DNA of 64,000 nucleotides from Eledone cirrhosa. Its lineage: Eukaryota. The position numbers and the translations under genes are program-made. The notes beneath the pieces are model-generated. The model was not told the DNA's origin, ran no database searches, and was given only the letters and a program-made list of their open reading frames with translations. Of the stretch, positions 19,101 to 34,100 are shown piece after piece; positions within the stretch are counted from its first letter, which is position 1; every line of letters begins with the position of its first letter. The stretch lies in assembly GCA_964016885.1 (NCBI GenBank), contig OZ024742.1, forward strand, positions 374,852,001 to 374,916,000, read 5' to 3'.

Positions 19101-22100
19101 ACAGTGTCGGTGACCTTACAGGGTGGTAGGGGTATTGACAGTGTATGGTGACTTTACAGGGTGGTAGGGTCATTGACAGTGTATGGTGACCTTACAGGGT
19201 GGTAGGGGTATTGAAAGTGTATGGTGACCTTACAGGGTGCCAGGGGTATTGACAGTGTCTGGTGACCCTATAGGGTGGTAGGGGCATTGACAGTGTCTGG
19301 TGACCGTACAGGGTGGTAGGGGTATTGACAGTGTCTGGTGACCCTACAGGGTGGTAGGGACATTGAAAGTGTATGGTGACCTTACAGTGTGGTAGGGTTA
19401 TTGACTGGGTCTGGTGACCTTACAGGGTCGTAGGGGCATTGACAGTGCCTAGTGACGCTACAGGCCGGTAGGGGCATTGACAGTGTATTGTGACCTTGCA
19501 GGGTGGTAGGGATATTGACAGTGTATGGTGATCCTACAGGGTGGTAGGGGCATTGACAGTGTAAGGTGACCCTACAGGGTGGTAGGGGAATTGACAGTGT
19601 ATGGTGACCCTACAGGGTGGTAGGGGTATTGACAGTGTATGGTGACCCTACAGGGTGGTAGGGGCATTGATATTGTCTGGTGACCTTACAGGATGGTAGG
19701 GGTATTGATAGTGTCTGGTGACCTTACAGGATGGTAGGGGTATTGATAGTGTCTGCTGACCTTACAGGATGGTAGGGGTATTGACAGTGTATGGTGAACC
19801 TACAGGGTGGTAGGGGTATTGACAGTGTCTGGTGAACTTACAGGGTGGTAGGGGCATTGACAGTGTCTGGTGACCTTACAAGGTGGTAGGGGCATTGACA
19901 GTGTCTGGTGACCTTACAGGGTGGTAGGGGCATTGACAGTGTATGGTGACCTTACAGGGTGGTAGGGGTATTGACAGTGTATGGTGACGCTACAGGGTGG
20001 TAGGGGTATTGACAGTGTATGGTGAACTTACAGGGTGGTAGGGGTATTGACAGTGTATGGTGACCCTACAGGGTGGTAGGGGTATTGACAGTGTCTGGTG
20101 ACCTTACAGGGTGGTAGGGGCATTGACAGTGTCTGATGATCTTACAGGGTGGTAGGGGCATTGACAGTGTATGGTGACGCTACAGGGTGGTAGGGGTGTT
20201 GACGATGTCTGGTGAACGTACAGGGTGGTAGGGGTGTTGACAGTGTATGGTGACCCTATAGTGTGGTAGGGGTATTGACAGCGTCTGGTGACCCTAAAGG
20301 GTGGTAGGGGTATTGACAGAGTCTGGTGACCCTATAGTGTGGTAGGGGTATTGACAGTGTCTGGTGACCTTACAGAATGGTAGGGGCATTGACAGTGTCT
20401 GGTGACCTTACAGGGTGGCAGGGTTATTGACAGTGTATGGTGACCTTACAGGGTGGTAGGGGTATTGACAGTGTTTGGTGATCCTACAGGGTGGTAGGGG
20501 TATTGACAGTGTCTGGTGACCTTACAGGGTGGTAGGGTTATTGACAGTGTATGGTGACCTTACAGGATGGTAGGGGTATTGACAGTGTATGGTGACCTTA
20601 CATGGTGGTAGGGTTATTGACAGTGTATGGTGACCTTACAGGGTGGTATGGGTATTGACAGTGTCTGGTGACCTTACAGGGTGGTAGGGGTGTTGACAGT
20701 GTCTGGTGACCTTACAGGGTGGTAGGGGCATTGAGAGTGTCTGGTAACCTTACAGGGTGGTAGTGGCATTGACAGTGTATGGTGACCTTACAGGGTGCTA
20801 GGGGTGTTGACAGTGTCTGGTGACCTTACAGGGTGGTAGGGGTATTGACAGTGTCTGGTGACCCTACAGGGTAGTAGGGGTATTGACAGTGTCTGGTGAC
20901 CTTGCAGGGTGGTAGGGGTATTGACAGTGTCTGGTGACCCTACAGGGTGGTAGGGACATTGACAGTGTATGGTGACCTTACAGTGTGGTAGGGTTATTGA
21001 CTGGGTCTGGTGACCTTACAGGGTGGTAGGGGTATTGACAGTGTCTGGTGACCTTACAGGGTGGTAGGGGCATTGACAGTGGCTAGTGACGATACAGGGC
21101 GGTAGGGGCATGGAGAGTGTATTGTGACCTTGCAGGGTGGTAGGGATATTGACAGTGTATGATGACCCTACAGGGTGGTAGGGGCATTGACAGTGTAAGG
21201 TGACCCTACAGGGTGGTAGGGGAATTGACAGTGTCTGGTGACCTTACAGGGTGGTAGGGGTATTGACAGTGTCTGGTGACCCTACAGGGTGGTAGGGACA
21301 TTGACAGTGTATGGTGACCTTACAGTGTGGTAGGGTTATTGACTGGGTCTGGTGACCTTACAGGGTGGTAGGGGTATTGGCAGTGTCTGGTGACCTTACA
21401 GGGTGGTAGGGGCATTGACAGTGGCTAGTGACTCTACAGGGCGGTAGGGGCATGGAGAGTGTATTGTGACCTTGCAGGGTGGTAGGGATATTGACAGTGT
21501 ATGATGACCCTACAGGGTGGTAGGGGCATTGACAGTGTAAGGTGACCCTACAGGGTGGTAGGGGAATTGACAGTGTATGGTGACCCTACAGGGTGGTAGG
21601 GGTATTGACAGTGTATGGTGACCCTACAGGGTGGTAGGGGCATTGATAGTGTCTGGTGACCTTACAGGATGGTAGGGGTATCGATAGTGTCTGGTGACCT
21701 TACAGGATGGTAGGGGTATTGATAGTGTCTGCTGACCTTACAGGATGGTAGGGGTATTGACAGTGTATGGTGACCCTACAGGGTGGTAGGGGTATTGACA
21801 GTGTCTGGTGACCTTACAGGGTGGTAGGGGCATTGACAGTGTCTGGTAACCTTACATGGTGGTAGGGTTATTGACAGTGTATGGTGACCTTACAGGGTGG
21901 TAGGGGTATTGACAGTGTATCGTGACCTTACAGGGTGGTAGGGGTATTGACAGTGTATGGTGACCTTACAGGGTGGTAGGGGCATTGACAGTGTCTGATG
22001 ACCTTACAGGGTGGTAGGGGTATTGACAGTGTCTTGTGACCCTACATGGGCGGTAGGGGCATTGACAGTGTATGGTGACCTTACAGGGTGGTAGGTGTAT

Positions 22101-25100
22101 TGACAGTGTATGGTGACCCTACAGGGTGCTAGGGGCATTGACAGTGTATGGTGACCTTACAGGGGGGTAGGAGTATTGACAGTGTCGGTGACCTTACAGG
22201 GTGGTAGGGGTATTGACAGTGTATGGGGACCTTACAGGGTGGTAGGAGTATTGACAGTGTCGGTGACCTTACAGGGTGGTAGGGGTATTGACAGTGTATG
22301 GTGACTTTACAGGGTGGTAGGGTCATTGACAGTGTATGGTGACCTTACAGGGTGGTAGGGGTATTGAAAGTGTATGGTGACCTTACAGGGTGCCAGGGGT
22401 ATTGACAGTGTCTGGTGACCCTATAGGGTGGTAGGGGCATTGACAGTGTCTGGTGACCGTACAGGGTGGTAGGGGTATTGACAGTGTCTGGTGACCCTAC
22501 AGGGTGGTAGGGACATTGAAAGTGTATGGTGACCTTACAGTGTGGTAGGGTTATTGACTGGGTCTGGTGACCTTACAGGGTCGTAGGGGCATTGACAGTG
22601 TCTAGTGACGCTACAGGCCGGTAGGGGCATTGACAGTGTATTGTGACCTTGCAGGGTGGTAGGGATATTGACAGTGTATGGTGATCCTACAGGGTGGTAG
22701 GGGCATTGACAGTGTAAGGTGACCCTACAGGGTGGTAGGGGAATTGACAGTGTATGGTGACCCTACAGGGTGGTAGGGGTATTGACAGTGTATGGTGACC
22801 CTACAGGGTGGTAGGGGCATTGATATTGTCTGGTGACCTTACAGGATGGTAGGGGTATTGATAGTGTCTGGTGACCTTACAGGATGGTAGGGGTATTGAT
22901 AGTGTCTGCTGACCTTACAGGATGGTAGGGGTATTGACAGTGTATGGTGAACCTACAGGGTGGTAGGGGTATTGACAGTGTCTGGTGAACTTACAGGGTG
23001 GTAGGGGCATTGACAGTGTCTGGTAACCTTACATGGTGGTAGGGTTATTGACAGTGTTTGGTGACCTTACAGGGTGGTAGGGGTATTGACAGTGTATCGT
23101 GACCTTACAGGGTGGTAGGGTTATTGACAGTGTATGGTGACCTTACAGGGTGGTAGGGGCATTGACAGTGTCTGATGACCTTACAGGGTGGTAGGGGTAT
23201 TGACAGTGTCTGGTGACACTACATGGGCGGTAGGGGCATTGACAGTGTATGGTGACGTTACAGGGTGGTAGGTGTATTGACAGTGTATGGTGACGCTACA
23301 GGGTGCTAGGGGCATTGATAGTGTATGGTGACCCTATAGGGTGGTAGGGGCATTGACAGTGTATGGTGACCTTACAGGGTGGTAGGAGTATTGACAGTGT
23401 CGGTGACCTTACAGGGTGGTAGGGGTATTGACAGTGTATGGTGACCTTACAGGGTGGTAGGAGTATTGACAGTGTCGGTGACCTTACAGGGTGGTAGGGG
23501 TATTGACAGTTTATGGTGACCTTACAGGGTGGTAGGGGCATTGACAGTGTCTGGTGACCTTACAGTGTGGTAGGGGCATTGACAATGTCTGGTGACCTTA
23601 CAGGGTGGTAGAGGTATTGACAGTGTCTGGTGACCTTACAAGGTGGTAGGGGCATTGACAGTGTCTGGTGACCTTACAGGGTGGTAGGGGCATTGACAGT
23701 GTATGGTGATGTTACAGGGTGGTAGGGGTATTGACAGTGTATGGTGACGCTACAGGGTGGTAGGGGTATTGACAGTGTATGGTGAACTTACAGGGTGGTA
23801 GGGGTATTGACAGTGTATGGTGACCCTACAGGGTGGTAGGGGTATTGACAGTGTCTGGTGACCTTACAGGGTGGTAGGGGCATTGACAGTGTATGGTGAC
23901 GCTACAGGGTGGTAGGGGTGTTGACGATGTCTGGTGAACTTACAGGGTGGTAGGGGTGTTGACAGTGTCTGGTGACCCTACAGGGTAGTAAAGGTATTGA
24001 CAGTGTCTGGTGACCTTACAGGGTGGCAGGGTTATTGACAGTGTATGGTGACCTTACAGGGTGATAGGGTTATTGACAGTGTCTGGTGACCTTACAGGAT
24101 GGTAGGGGTATTGATAGTGTCTGGTGACCTTACAGGATGGTAGGGGTATTGATAGTGTCTGCTGACCTTACAGGATGGTAGGGGTATTGACAGTGTTTGG
24201 TGATCCTACAGGGAGGTAGGGGTATTGACAGTGTCTGGTGACCTTACAGGGTGGTAGGGTTATTGACAGTGTATGGTGACCTTACAGGATGGTAGGGGTA
24301 TTGACAGTGTATGGTGACCTTACAGGGTGGTAGGGGCATTGACAGTGTCTGGTAACCTTACATGGTGGTAGGGTTATTGACAGTGTATGGTGACCTTACA
24401 GGGTGGTATGGGTATTGACAGTGTCTGGTGACCTTACAGGGTGGTAGGGGTGTTGACAGTGTCTGGTGACCTTACAGGGTGGTAGGGGCATTGAGAGTGT
24501 CTGGTAACCTTACAGGGTGGTAGTGGCATTGACAGTGTATGGTGACCTTACAGGGTGCTAGGGGTGTTGACAGTGTCTGGTGACCTTACAGGGTGGTAGG
24601 GGTATTGATAGTGTCTGGTGACCCTACAGGGTAGTAAAGGTATTGACAGTGTCTGGTGACCTTGCAGGGTGGTAGGGGTATTGACAGTGTCTGGTGACCC
24701 TATAGGGTGGTAGGGGCATTGACAGTGTCTGGTGACCTTACAGGGTGGTAGGGGTATTGACAGTGTCTGGTGACCCTACAGGGTGGTAGGGACATTGACA
24801 GTGTATGGTGACCTTACAGTGTGGTAGGGTTATTGACTGGGTCTGGTGACCTTACAGGGTGGTAGGGGAATTGACAGTGTCTGGTGACCTTACAGGGTGG
24901 TAGGGGCACTGACAGTGTCTGGTGACCCTATATGGGCGGTAGGGGCATGGAGAGTGTATTGTGACCTTGCAGGGTGGTAGGGATATTGACAGTGTATGAT
25001 GACCCTACAGGGTGGTAGGGGCATTGACAGTGTAAGGTGACCCTACAGGGTGGTAGGGGAATTGACAGTGTATGGTGACCCTACAGGATGGTAGGGGTAT

Positions 25101-28100
25101 TGACAGTGTATGGTGACCCTACAGGGTGGTAGGGGCATTGATAGTGTCTGGTGACCTTACAGGATGGTAGGGGTATTGATAGTGTCTGGTGACCTTACAG
25201 GATGGTAGGGGTATTGATAGTATCTGCTGACCTTACAGGATGGTAGGGGTATTGACAGTGTATGGTGACCCTACAGGGTGGTAGGGGTATTGACAGTGTC
25301 TGGTGACCTTACAGGGTGGTAGGGGCATTGACAGTGTCTGGTAACCTTACACGGTGGTAGGGTTATTGACAGTGTATGGTGACCTTACAGGGTGGTAGGG
25401 GTATTGACAGTGTATCGTGACCTTACAGGGTGGTAGGGGTATTGACAGTGTATGGTGACCTTACAGGGTGGTAGGGGCATTGACAGTGTCTGATGACCTT
25501 ACAGGGTGGTAGGGGTATTGACAGTGTCTGGTGACCCTACATTGGCGGTAGGGGTATTGACAGTGTATGGTGACCTTACAGGGTGGTAGGTGTATTGACA
25601 GTGTATGGTGACCCTACAGGGTGCTAGGGGCATTGACAGTGTATGGTGACCTTACAGGGTGGTAGGAGTATTGACAGTGTCGGTGACCTTACAGGGTGGT
25701 AGGGGTATTGACAGTGTCGGTGACCTTACAGGGTGGTAGGGGTATTGACATTGTATGGTGACCTTACAGGGTGCTAGGGGCATTGACAGTGTATGGGGAC
25801 CTTACAGGGTGGTAGGAGTATTGACAGTGTCGGTGACCTTACAGGGTGGTAGGGGTATTGACAGTGTATGGTGACTTTACAGGGTGGTAGGGTCATTGAC
25901 AGTGTATGGTGACCTTACAGGGTGGTAGGGGTATTGAAAGTGTATGGTGACCTTACAGGGTGCTAGGGGTATTGACAGTGTATGGTGAACTTACAGGGTG
26001 GTAGGGGTATTGACAGAGTCTGGTGACCTTACAGGGTGGTAGGGGTATTGACAGTGTATGGTGACCCTACAGGGTGGTAGGGGTATTGACAGTGTATCGT
26101 GACCTTACAGGGTGGTAGGGGTATTGACAGTGTATGGTGACCTTACAGGGTGGTAGGGGCATTGACAGTGTCTGGTGACCTTACAGTGTGGTAGGGGCAT
26201 TGACAGTGTCTGGTGACCTTACAGGGTGGTAGGGGTATTGACAGTGTCTGGTTACCTTACAGGGTGGTAGGGGCATTGACAGTGTATGGTGACCTTACAG
26301 GGTGGTAGGGGAATTGACAGTGTATGGTGACCCTACAGGGTGGTAGGGGAATTGACAGTGTCTGGTGACCTTACAGGGTGGTAGGGGTATTGACAGAGTC
26401 TGGTGACCTTACAGGGTGGTAGGGGTATTGACAGTGTATGGTGATCCTACAGGGTGGTAGGGGTATTGACAGTGTATCGTGACCTTACAGGGTGGTAGGG
26501 GTATTGACAGTGTATGGTGACCTTACAGGGTGGTAGGGGCATTGACAGTGTCTGGTGACCTTACAGTGTGGTAGGGGCATTGACAGTGTCTGGTGACCTT
26601 ACAGGGTGGTAGGGGTATTGACAGTGTCTGGTTACCTTACAGGGTGGTAGGGGCATTGACAGTGTATGGTGACCTTACAGGGTGGTAGGGGAATTGACAG
26701 TGTATGGTGACCCTACAGGGTGGTAGGGGAATTGACAGTGTCTGGTGACCTTACAGGATGGTAGGGGTATTGACAGTGTCTGGTTACCTTACAGGGTGGT
26801 AGGGGAATTGACAGTGTCTGGTGACCTTACAGGGAGGTAGGGGCATTGACAGTGTCTAGTGACGCTACAGGGCGGTAGGGGCATGGAGAGAGTATTGTGA
26901 CCTTGCAGGGTGGTAGGGATATTGACAGTGTATGGTGACCCTACAGGGTGGTAGGGGAATTGACAGTGTATGGTGACGCTACAGGGTGGTAGGGGTATTG
27001 ACAGTGTATGGTGACCCTACAGGGTGGTAGGGGCATTGACAGTGTATGGTGGCCCTACAGGGTGGTAGGGGTATTGACAGTGTCTGGTGACCCTATAGGG
27101 TGGTAGGGGCATTGACAGTGTCTGGTGACCTTACAGGGTGGTAGGGGTATTGACAGTGTCTGGTGACCCTACAGGGTGGTAGGGACATTGACAGTGTATG
27201 GTGACCTTACAGCGTGGTAGGGTTATTGACTGGGTCTGGTGACCTTACAGGGTGGTAGGGTTATTGACAGTGTCTGGTGACCTTACAGGGTGGTAGGGGA
27301 ATTGACAGTGTCTAGTGACGCTACAGGGCGGTAGGGGCATTGACAGTGTATTGTGACCTTGCAGGGTGGTAGGGATATTGACAGTGTATGGTGACCCTAC
27401 AGTGTTCTAGGGGCATTGACAGTGTAAGGTGACCCTACAGGGTGGTAGGGGAATTGACAGTGCATGGTGACCCTACAGGGTGGTAGGGGTATTGACAGTG
27501 TATGGTGACCCTACAGGGTGGTAGGGGCATTGACAGTGTATGGTGGCCCTACAGGGTGGTAGGGGTATTGACAGTGTATGGTGACCCTACAGGGTGGTAG
27601 GGGTATTGACAGTGTCTCGTGACCTTACAGGGTGGTAGGGGTATTGACAGTGTATGGTGACCCTACAGGGTGGTTGGGGTATTGACAGTGTATGGTGACC
27701 CTACAGGGTGGTAGGGGTATTGACAGTGTATGGTGACCCTACAGGGTGGTAGGGTTATTGACACTGTCTGGTGACCCTATCCAGTGTTAAGGGCTTTGAC
27801 AGTGTATGGGGCCCTTACAGGTAGGCAGGGGCATTGACAGTGTCTGGTGAACTTACAGGGTGGTAGGGGCATTGACAATGTCTGGTGACCTTACAGGGTT
27901 GTAGGGGCATTGACAGTGTCAGGTGACCTTACAGGGTGGTAGGAGTATTGACAGTGTATGGTGAGCTTACAGGGTGGTAGAGGCATTGACAGTGTATGGT
28001 GAGCTTACAGGGTGGTAGAGGCATTGACAGTGTCTGGTGACCTTACAGGGTGGTAGGGGCATTGACAGTGTCTGGTGACCTTACATAGTGGTAGGGGCAT

Positions 28101-31100
28101 TGTCATTTTCTGTTGACCTTACAGGGTGGTATGGGCATTGACAGTGTGTGGTGACCCTACAGGGTGTTGGGGGCATTGAGAGTGTCTGGTGACCTTACAG
28201 GGTGGTAGGGGTCTTGACAGTGTCTGGTGAACTTACAGGGTGGTAGGGGTATTGACAGTGTCTGGTGACCTTACAGGGTGGTAGGGGTATTGACAGTGTA
28301 TGGTGACCTTAAAGTGTGGTAGGGCCATTGACAGTGTCTGGTGACCTTACAGGGTGGTAGGTGTATTGACAGTGTATGGTGACCCTACAGGGTGCTAGGG
28401 GCATTGACAGTGTATGATGACCTTACAGGGTGGTAGGAGTATTGACAGTGTCGGTGACCTTACAGGGTGGTAGGGGTATTGACAGTGTATGGTGACTTTA
28501 CAGGGTGGTAGGGTCATTGACAGTGTATGGTGACCTTACAGGGTGGTAGGGGTATTGAAAGTGTATGGTGACCTTACAGGGTGCTAGGGGTATTGACAGT
28601 GTATGGTGAACTTACAGGGTGGTAGGGGTATTGACAGTGTCTGGTGACCTTACAGGGTGGTAGGGGTATTGACAGAGTCTGGTGACCTTACAGGGTGGTA
28701 GGGGTATTGAGAGTGTATGGTGACCCTACAGGGTCGTAGGGGTATTGACAGTGTATCGTGACCTTACAGGGTGGTAGGGGTATTGACAGTGTATGGTGAC
28801 CTTACAGGGTGGTAGGGGCATTGACAGTGTCTGGTGACCTTACAGTGTGGTAGGGGCATTGACAGTGTCTGGTGACCTTACAGGATGGTAAGGGTATTGA
28901 CAGTGTCTGGTTACCTTACAGGGTGGTAGGGGCATTGACAGTGTATGGTGACCTTACAGGGTGGTAGGGGCATTGACAGTGTCTAGTGACGCTACAGAGC
29001 GGTAGGGGCATGGAGAGAGTATTGTGACCTTGCAGGGTGGTAGGGATATTGACAGTGTATGGTGACCCTACAGGGTGGTAGGGGCATTGACAGTGTAAGG
29101 TGACCCTACAGGGTGGTAGGGGAATTGACAGTGTATGGTGACCGTACAGGGTGGTAGGGGTATTGACAGTGTATGATGACCATACAGGGTGGTAGGGGCA
29201 TTGATAGTGTCTGGTGACCTTACAGGATGGCAGGGGTATTGATAGTGTCTGGTGACCTTACAGGATGGTAGGGGTATTGATAGTGTCTGCTGACCTTACA
29301 GGATGGTAGGGGTATTGACAGTGTATGGTGACCCTACAGGGTGGTAGGGGTATTGACAGTGTTTGGTGACCTTACAGGGTGGTAGGGGCATTGACAGTGT
29401 TTGGTAACCTTACATGGTGGTAGGGTTATTGACAGTGTATGGTGACCTTACAGGGTGGCAGGGCTATTGACAGTGTATCGTGACCTTACAGGGTGGTAGG
29501 GGTATTGACAGTGTATGGTGACCTTACAGGGTGGTAGGGGAATTGACAGTGTATGGTGACCCTACAGGGTGGTAGGGGTATTGACAGTGTCTGGTGACCC
29601 TACAGGGTGGTAGGGGCATTGACAGTGTATGGTGGCCCTACAGGGTGGTAGGGGTATTGACAGTGTCTGGTGACCCTATAGGGTGGTAGGGGCATTGACA
29701 GTGTCTGGTGACCTTACAGGGTGGTAGGGGTATTGACAGTGTCTGGTGACCCTACAGGGTGGTAGGGACATTGACAGTGTATGGTGACCTTACAGTGTGG
29801 TAGGGTTATTGACTGGGTCTGGTGACCTTACAGGGTGGTAGGGTTATTGACAGTGTCTGGTGACCTTACAGGGTGGTAGGGGAATTGACAGTGTCTAGTG
29901 ACGCTACAGGGCGGTAGGGGCATTGACAGTGTATTGTGACCTTGCAGGGTGGTAGGGATATTGACAGTGTATGGTGACCCTACAGGGTGCTAGGGGCATT
30001 GACAGTGTAAGGTGACCCTACAGGGTGGTAGGGGAATTGGCAGTGTCTCGTGACCTTACAGGGTGGTAGGGGTATTGACAGTGTATGGTGACACTACAGG
30101 GTGGTAGGGGCATTGACAGTGTATGGTGACCTTACAGGGTGGTAGGGGTATTGAAAGTGTATGGTGACCTTACAGGGTGCTAGGGTTATTGACAGTGTAT
30201 GGTGACCTTACAGGGTGGTAGGGGTATTGACAGTGTCTGGTGACCTTACAGGGTGGTAGGGGTATTGACAGAGTCTGGTGACCTTACAGGGTGGTAGGGG
30301 TATTGACAGTGTATGGTGACCTTACAGGGTGGTAGGGGTATTGACAGTGTATGGTGACCTTACAGGGTGGTAGGGGTATTGACAGTGTATGGTGACCTTA
30401 CAGGGTGGTAGGGGCATTGACAGTGTCTGGTGACCTTACAGGGTGGTAGGGGCATTGACAGTGTATGGTGACCTTACAGGGTGGTAGGGGCATTGACAGT
30501 GTATGGTGACATTACAGCGTGGTATGGGTATTGACAGTGTCTGGTGACCTTACAGGGTGGTAGGGGTATTGACAGTGTCTGGTGACCTTACAGGGTGGTA
30601 GGGGCACTGACAGTGTTTGGTAACCTTACATGGTGGTAGGGTTATTGACAGTGTATGGCGACCTTACAGGGTGGTAGGGGTATTGACAGTGTATCGTGAC
30701 CTTACAGGGTGGTAGGGGTATTGACAGTGTATGGTGACCTTACAGGGTGGTAGGGGAATTGACAGTGTATGGTGACCCTACAGGGTGGTAGGGGTATTGA
30801 CAGTGTATGGTGACCCTACAGGGTGGTAGGGGCATTGACAGTGTATGGTGGCCCTACAGGGTGGTAGGGGTATTGACAGTGTCTGGTGACCCTATAGGGT
30901 GGTAGGGGCATTGACAGTGTCTGGTGACCTTACAGGGTGGTAGGGGTATTGACAGTGTCTGGTGACCCTACAGGGTGGTAGGGACATTGACAGTGTATGG
31001 TGACCTTACAGTGTGGTAGGGTTATTGACTGGGTCTGGTGACCTTACAGGGTGGTAGGGGTATTGACAGTGTCTGGTGACCTTACAGGGTGGTAGGGGAA

Positions 31101-34100
31101 TTGACAGTGTCTAGTGACGCTACAGGGCGGTAGGGGCATTGACAGTGTATTGTGACCTTGCAGGGTGGTAGGGGCATTGACAGTGTAAGGTGACCCTACA
31201 GGGTGGTAGGGGAATTGACAGTGTATGGTGACCCTAAAGGGTGGTAGGGGTATTGACAGAGTCTGGTGACCCTATAGTGTGGTAGGGGTATTGACAGTGT
31301 CTGGTGATCTTACAGGGTGGTAGGGGCATTGACAGTGTATGGTGACCCTACAGGATGGTAGGGGTATTGATAGTGTCTGGTGACCTTACATAATGGTAGG
31401 GGCATTGACAGTGTCTGGTGACCTTACAGGGTGGCAGGGTTATTGACAGTGTATGGTGACCTTACAGGGTGGTAGGGGTATTGACAGTGTCTGGTGACCT
31501 TACAGGGTGGTAGGGGTGTTGACAGTGTCTGGTGACATTACAGGGTGGTAGGGGCATTGAGAGTGTCTGGTAACCTTACAGGGTGGTAGTGGCATTGATA
31601 GTGTCTGGTGACCTTACAGGGTGGTAGGGGTATTGACAGTGTATGGTGACCTTACAGGGTGCTAGGGGTGTTGACAGTGTCTGGTGACATTACAGGGTGG
31701 TAGGGGTATTGACAGTGTCTGGTGACCCTACAGGGTAGTAGGGGTATTGACAGTGTCTGGTGACCTTGCAGGGTGGTAGGGGTATTGACAGTGTCTGGTG
31801 ACCCTATAGGGTGGTAGGGGCAATGACAGTGTCTGGTGACCTTACAGGGTGGTAGGGGTATTGACAGTGTCTGGTGACCCTACAGGGTGGGAGGGACATT
31901 GACAGTGTATGGTGACCTTACAGTGTGGTAGGATTATTGACTGGGTCTGGTGACCTTACAGGGTGTTAGGGGTATTGACAGTGTATGGTGATCCTACAGG
32001 GTGGTAGGGGTATTGACAGTGTATGGTGACCCTACAGGGTGGTAGGGGCATTGATAGTGTCTGGTGACCTTACAGGATGGTAGGGGTATTGATTGTGTCT
32101 GGTGACCTTACAGGATGGTAGGGGTATTGACAGTGTATGGTGACCCTACAGGGTGGTAGGGGTATTGACAGTGTCTGGTAACCTTACATGGTGGTAGGGT
32201 TATTGACAGTGTATGGTGACCTTACAGGGTGGTAGGGGTATTGACAGTGTATCGTGACCTTACAGGGTGGTAGGTGTATTGACAGTGTATGGTGACCCTA
32301 CATGGGCGGTAGGGGCATTGACAGTGTATGGTGAACCTATAGGGTGGTAGGGGCATTGACAGTGTATGGGGACCTTACAGGGTGGTAGGGGTATTGATAG
32401 TGTCTGATGACCTTACAGGGTGGTAGGTGTATTGACAGTGTATGGTGACCCTACAGGGTGCTAGGGGCATTGACAGTGTATGGTGACCCTACAGGGTGGT
32501 AGGGGTATTGACAGTGTATCGTGACCTTACAGGGTGGTAGGGATATTGACAGTGTATGGTGACCTTACACGGTGGTAGGGGCATTGACAGTGTCTGGTGA
32601 CATTACAGTGTGGTAGGGGCATTGACAGTGTCTGGTGACCTTACATGTTGGTAGGGGTATTGACAGTGTCTGGTTACCTTACAGGGTGGTAGGGGCATTG
32701 ACAGTGTATGGTGACCTTACAGGGTGGTAGGGGAATTGACAGTGTATGGTGACCCTACAGGGTGGTAGGGGAATTGACAGTGTCTGGTGACCTTACAGGG
32801 TGGTAGGGGTATTGACAGTGTCTGGTTACCTTACAGGGTGGTAGGGGAATTGACAGTGTCTGGTGACCTTACAGGGAGGTAGGGGCATTGACAGTGTCTA
32901 GTGACGCTACAGGGCGGTAGGGGCATGGAGAGAGTATTGTGACCTTGCAGGGTGGTAGGGATATTGACAGTGTATGGTGACCCTACAGGGTGGTAGGGGA
33001 ATTGACAGTGTATGGTGACCCTACAGGGTGGTAGGGGTATTGACAGTGTATGGTGACCCTACAGGGTGGTAGGGGCATTGACAGTGTATGGTGGCCCTAC
33101 AGGGTGGTAGGGGTATTGACAGTGTCTGGTGACCCTATAGGGTGGTAGGGGCATTGACAGTGTCTGGTGACCTTACAGGGTGGTAGGGGTATTGACAGTG
33201 TCTGGTGACCCTACAGGGTGGTAGGGACATTGACATTGTATGGTGACCTTACAGTGTGGTAGGGTTATTGACTGGGTCTGGTGACCTTACAGGGTGGTAG
33301 GGTTATTGACAGTGTCTGGTGACCTTACAGGGTGGTAGGGGAATTGACAGTGTCTAGTGACGCTACAGGGCGGTAGGGGCATTGACAGTGTATTGTGACC
33401 TTGCAGGGTGGTAGGGATATTGACAGTGTATGGTGACCCTACAGTGTGCTAGGGGCATTGACAGTGTAAGGTGACCCTACAGGGTGGTAGGGGAATTGAC
33501 AGTGCATGGTGACCCTACAGGGTGGTAGGGGTATTGACAGTGTATGGTGACCCTACAGGGTGGTAGGGGCATTGACAGTGTATGGTGGCCCTACAGGGTG
33601 GTAGGGGTATTGACAGTGTCTCGTGACCTTACAGGGTGGTAGGGGTATTGACAGTGTATGGTGACCCTACAGGGTGGTTGGGGTATTGACAGTGTATGGT
33701 GACCCTACAGGGTGGTAGGGGTATTGACAGTGTATGGTGACCCTACAGGGTGGTAGGGTTATTGACACTGTCTGGTGACCCTATCGAGTGTTAAGGGCAT
33801 TGACAGTGTATGGTGCCCTTACAGGTAGGCAGGGGCATTGACAGTGTCTGGTGAACTTACAGGGTGGTAGGGGCATTGACAATGTCTGGTGACCTTACAG
33901 GGTTGTAGGGGCATTGACAGTGTCAGGTGACCTTACAGGGTGGTAGGAGTATTGACAGTGTATGGTGAGCTTACAGGGTGGTAGAGGCATTGACAGTGTA
34001 TGGTGAGCTTACAGGGTGGTAGAGGCATTGACAGTGTCTGGTGACCTTACAGGGTGGTAGGGGCATTGACAGTGTCTGGTGACCTTACAGAGTGGTAGGG

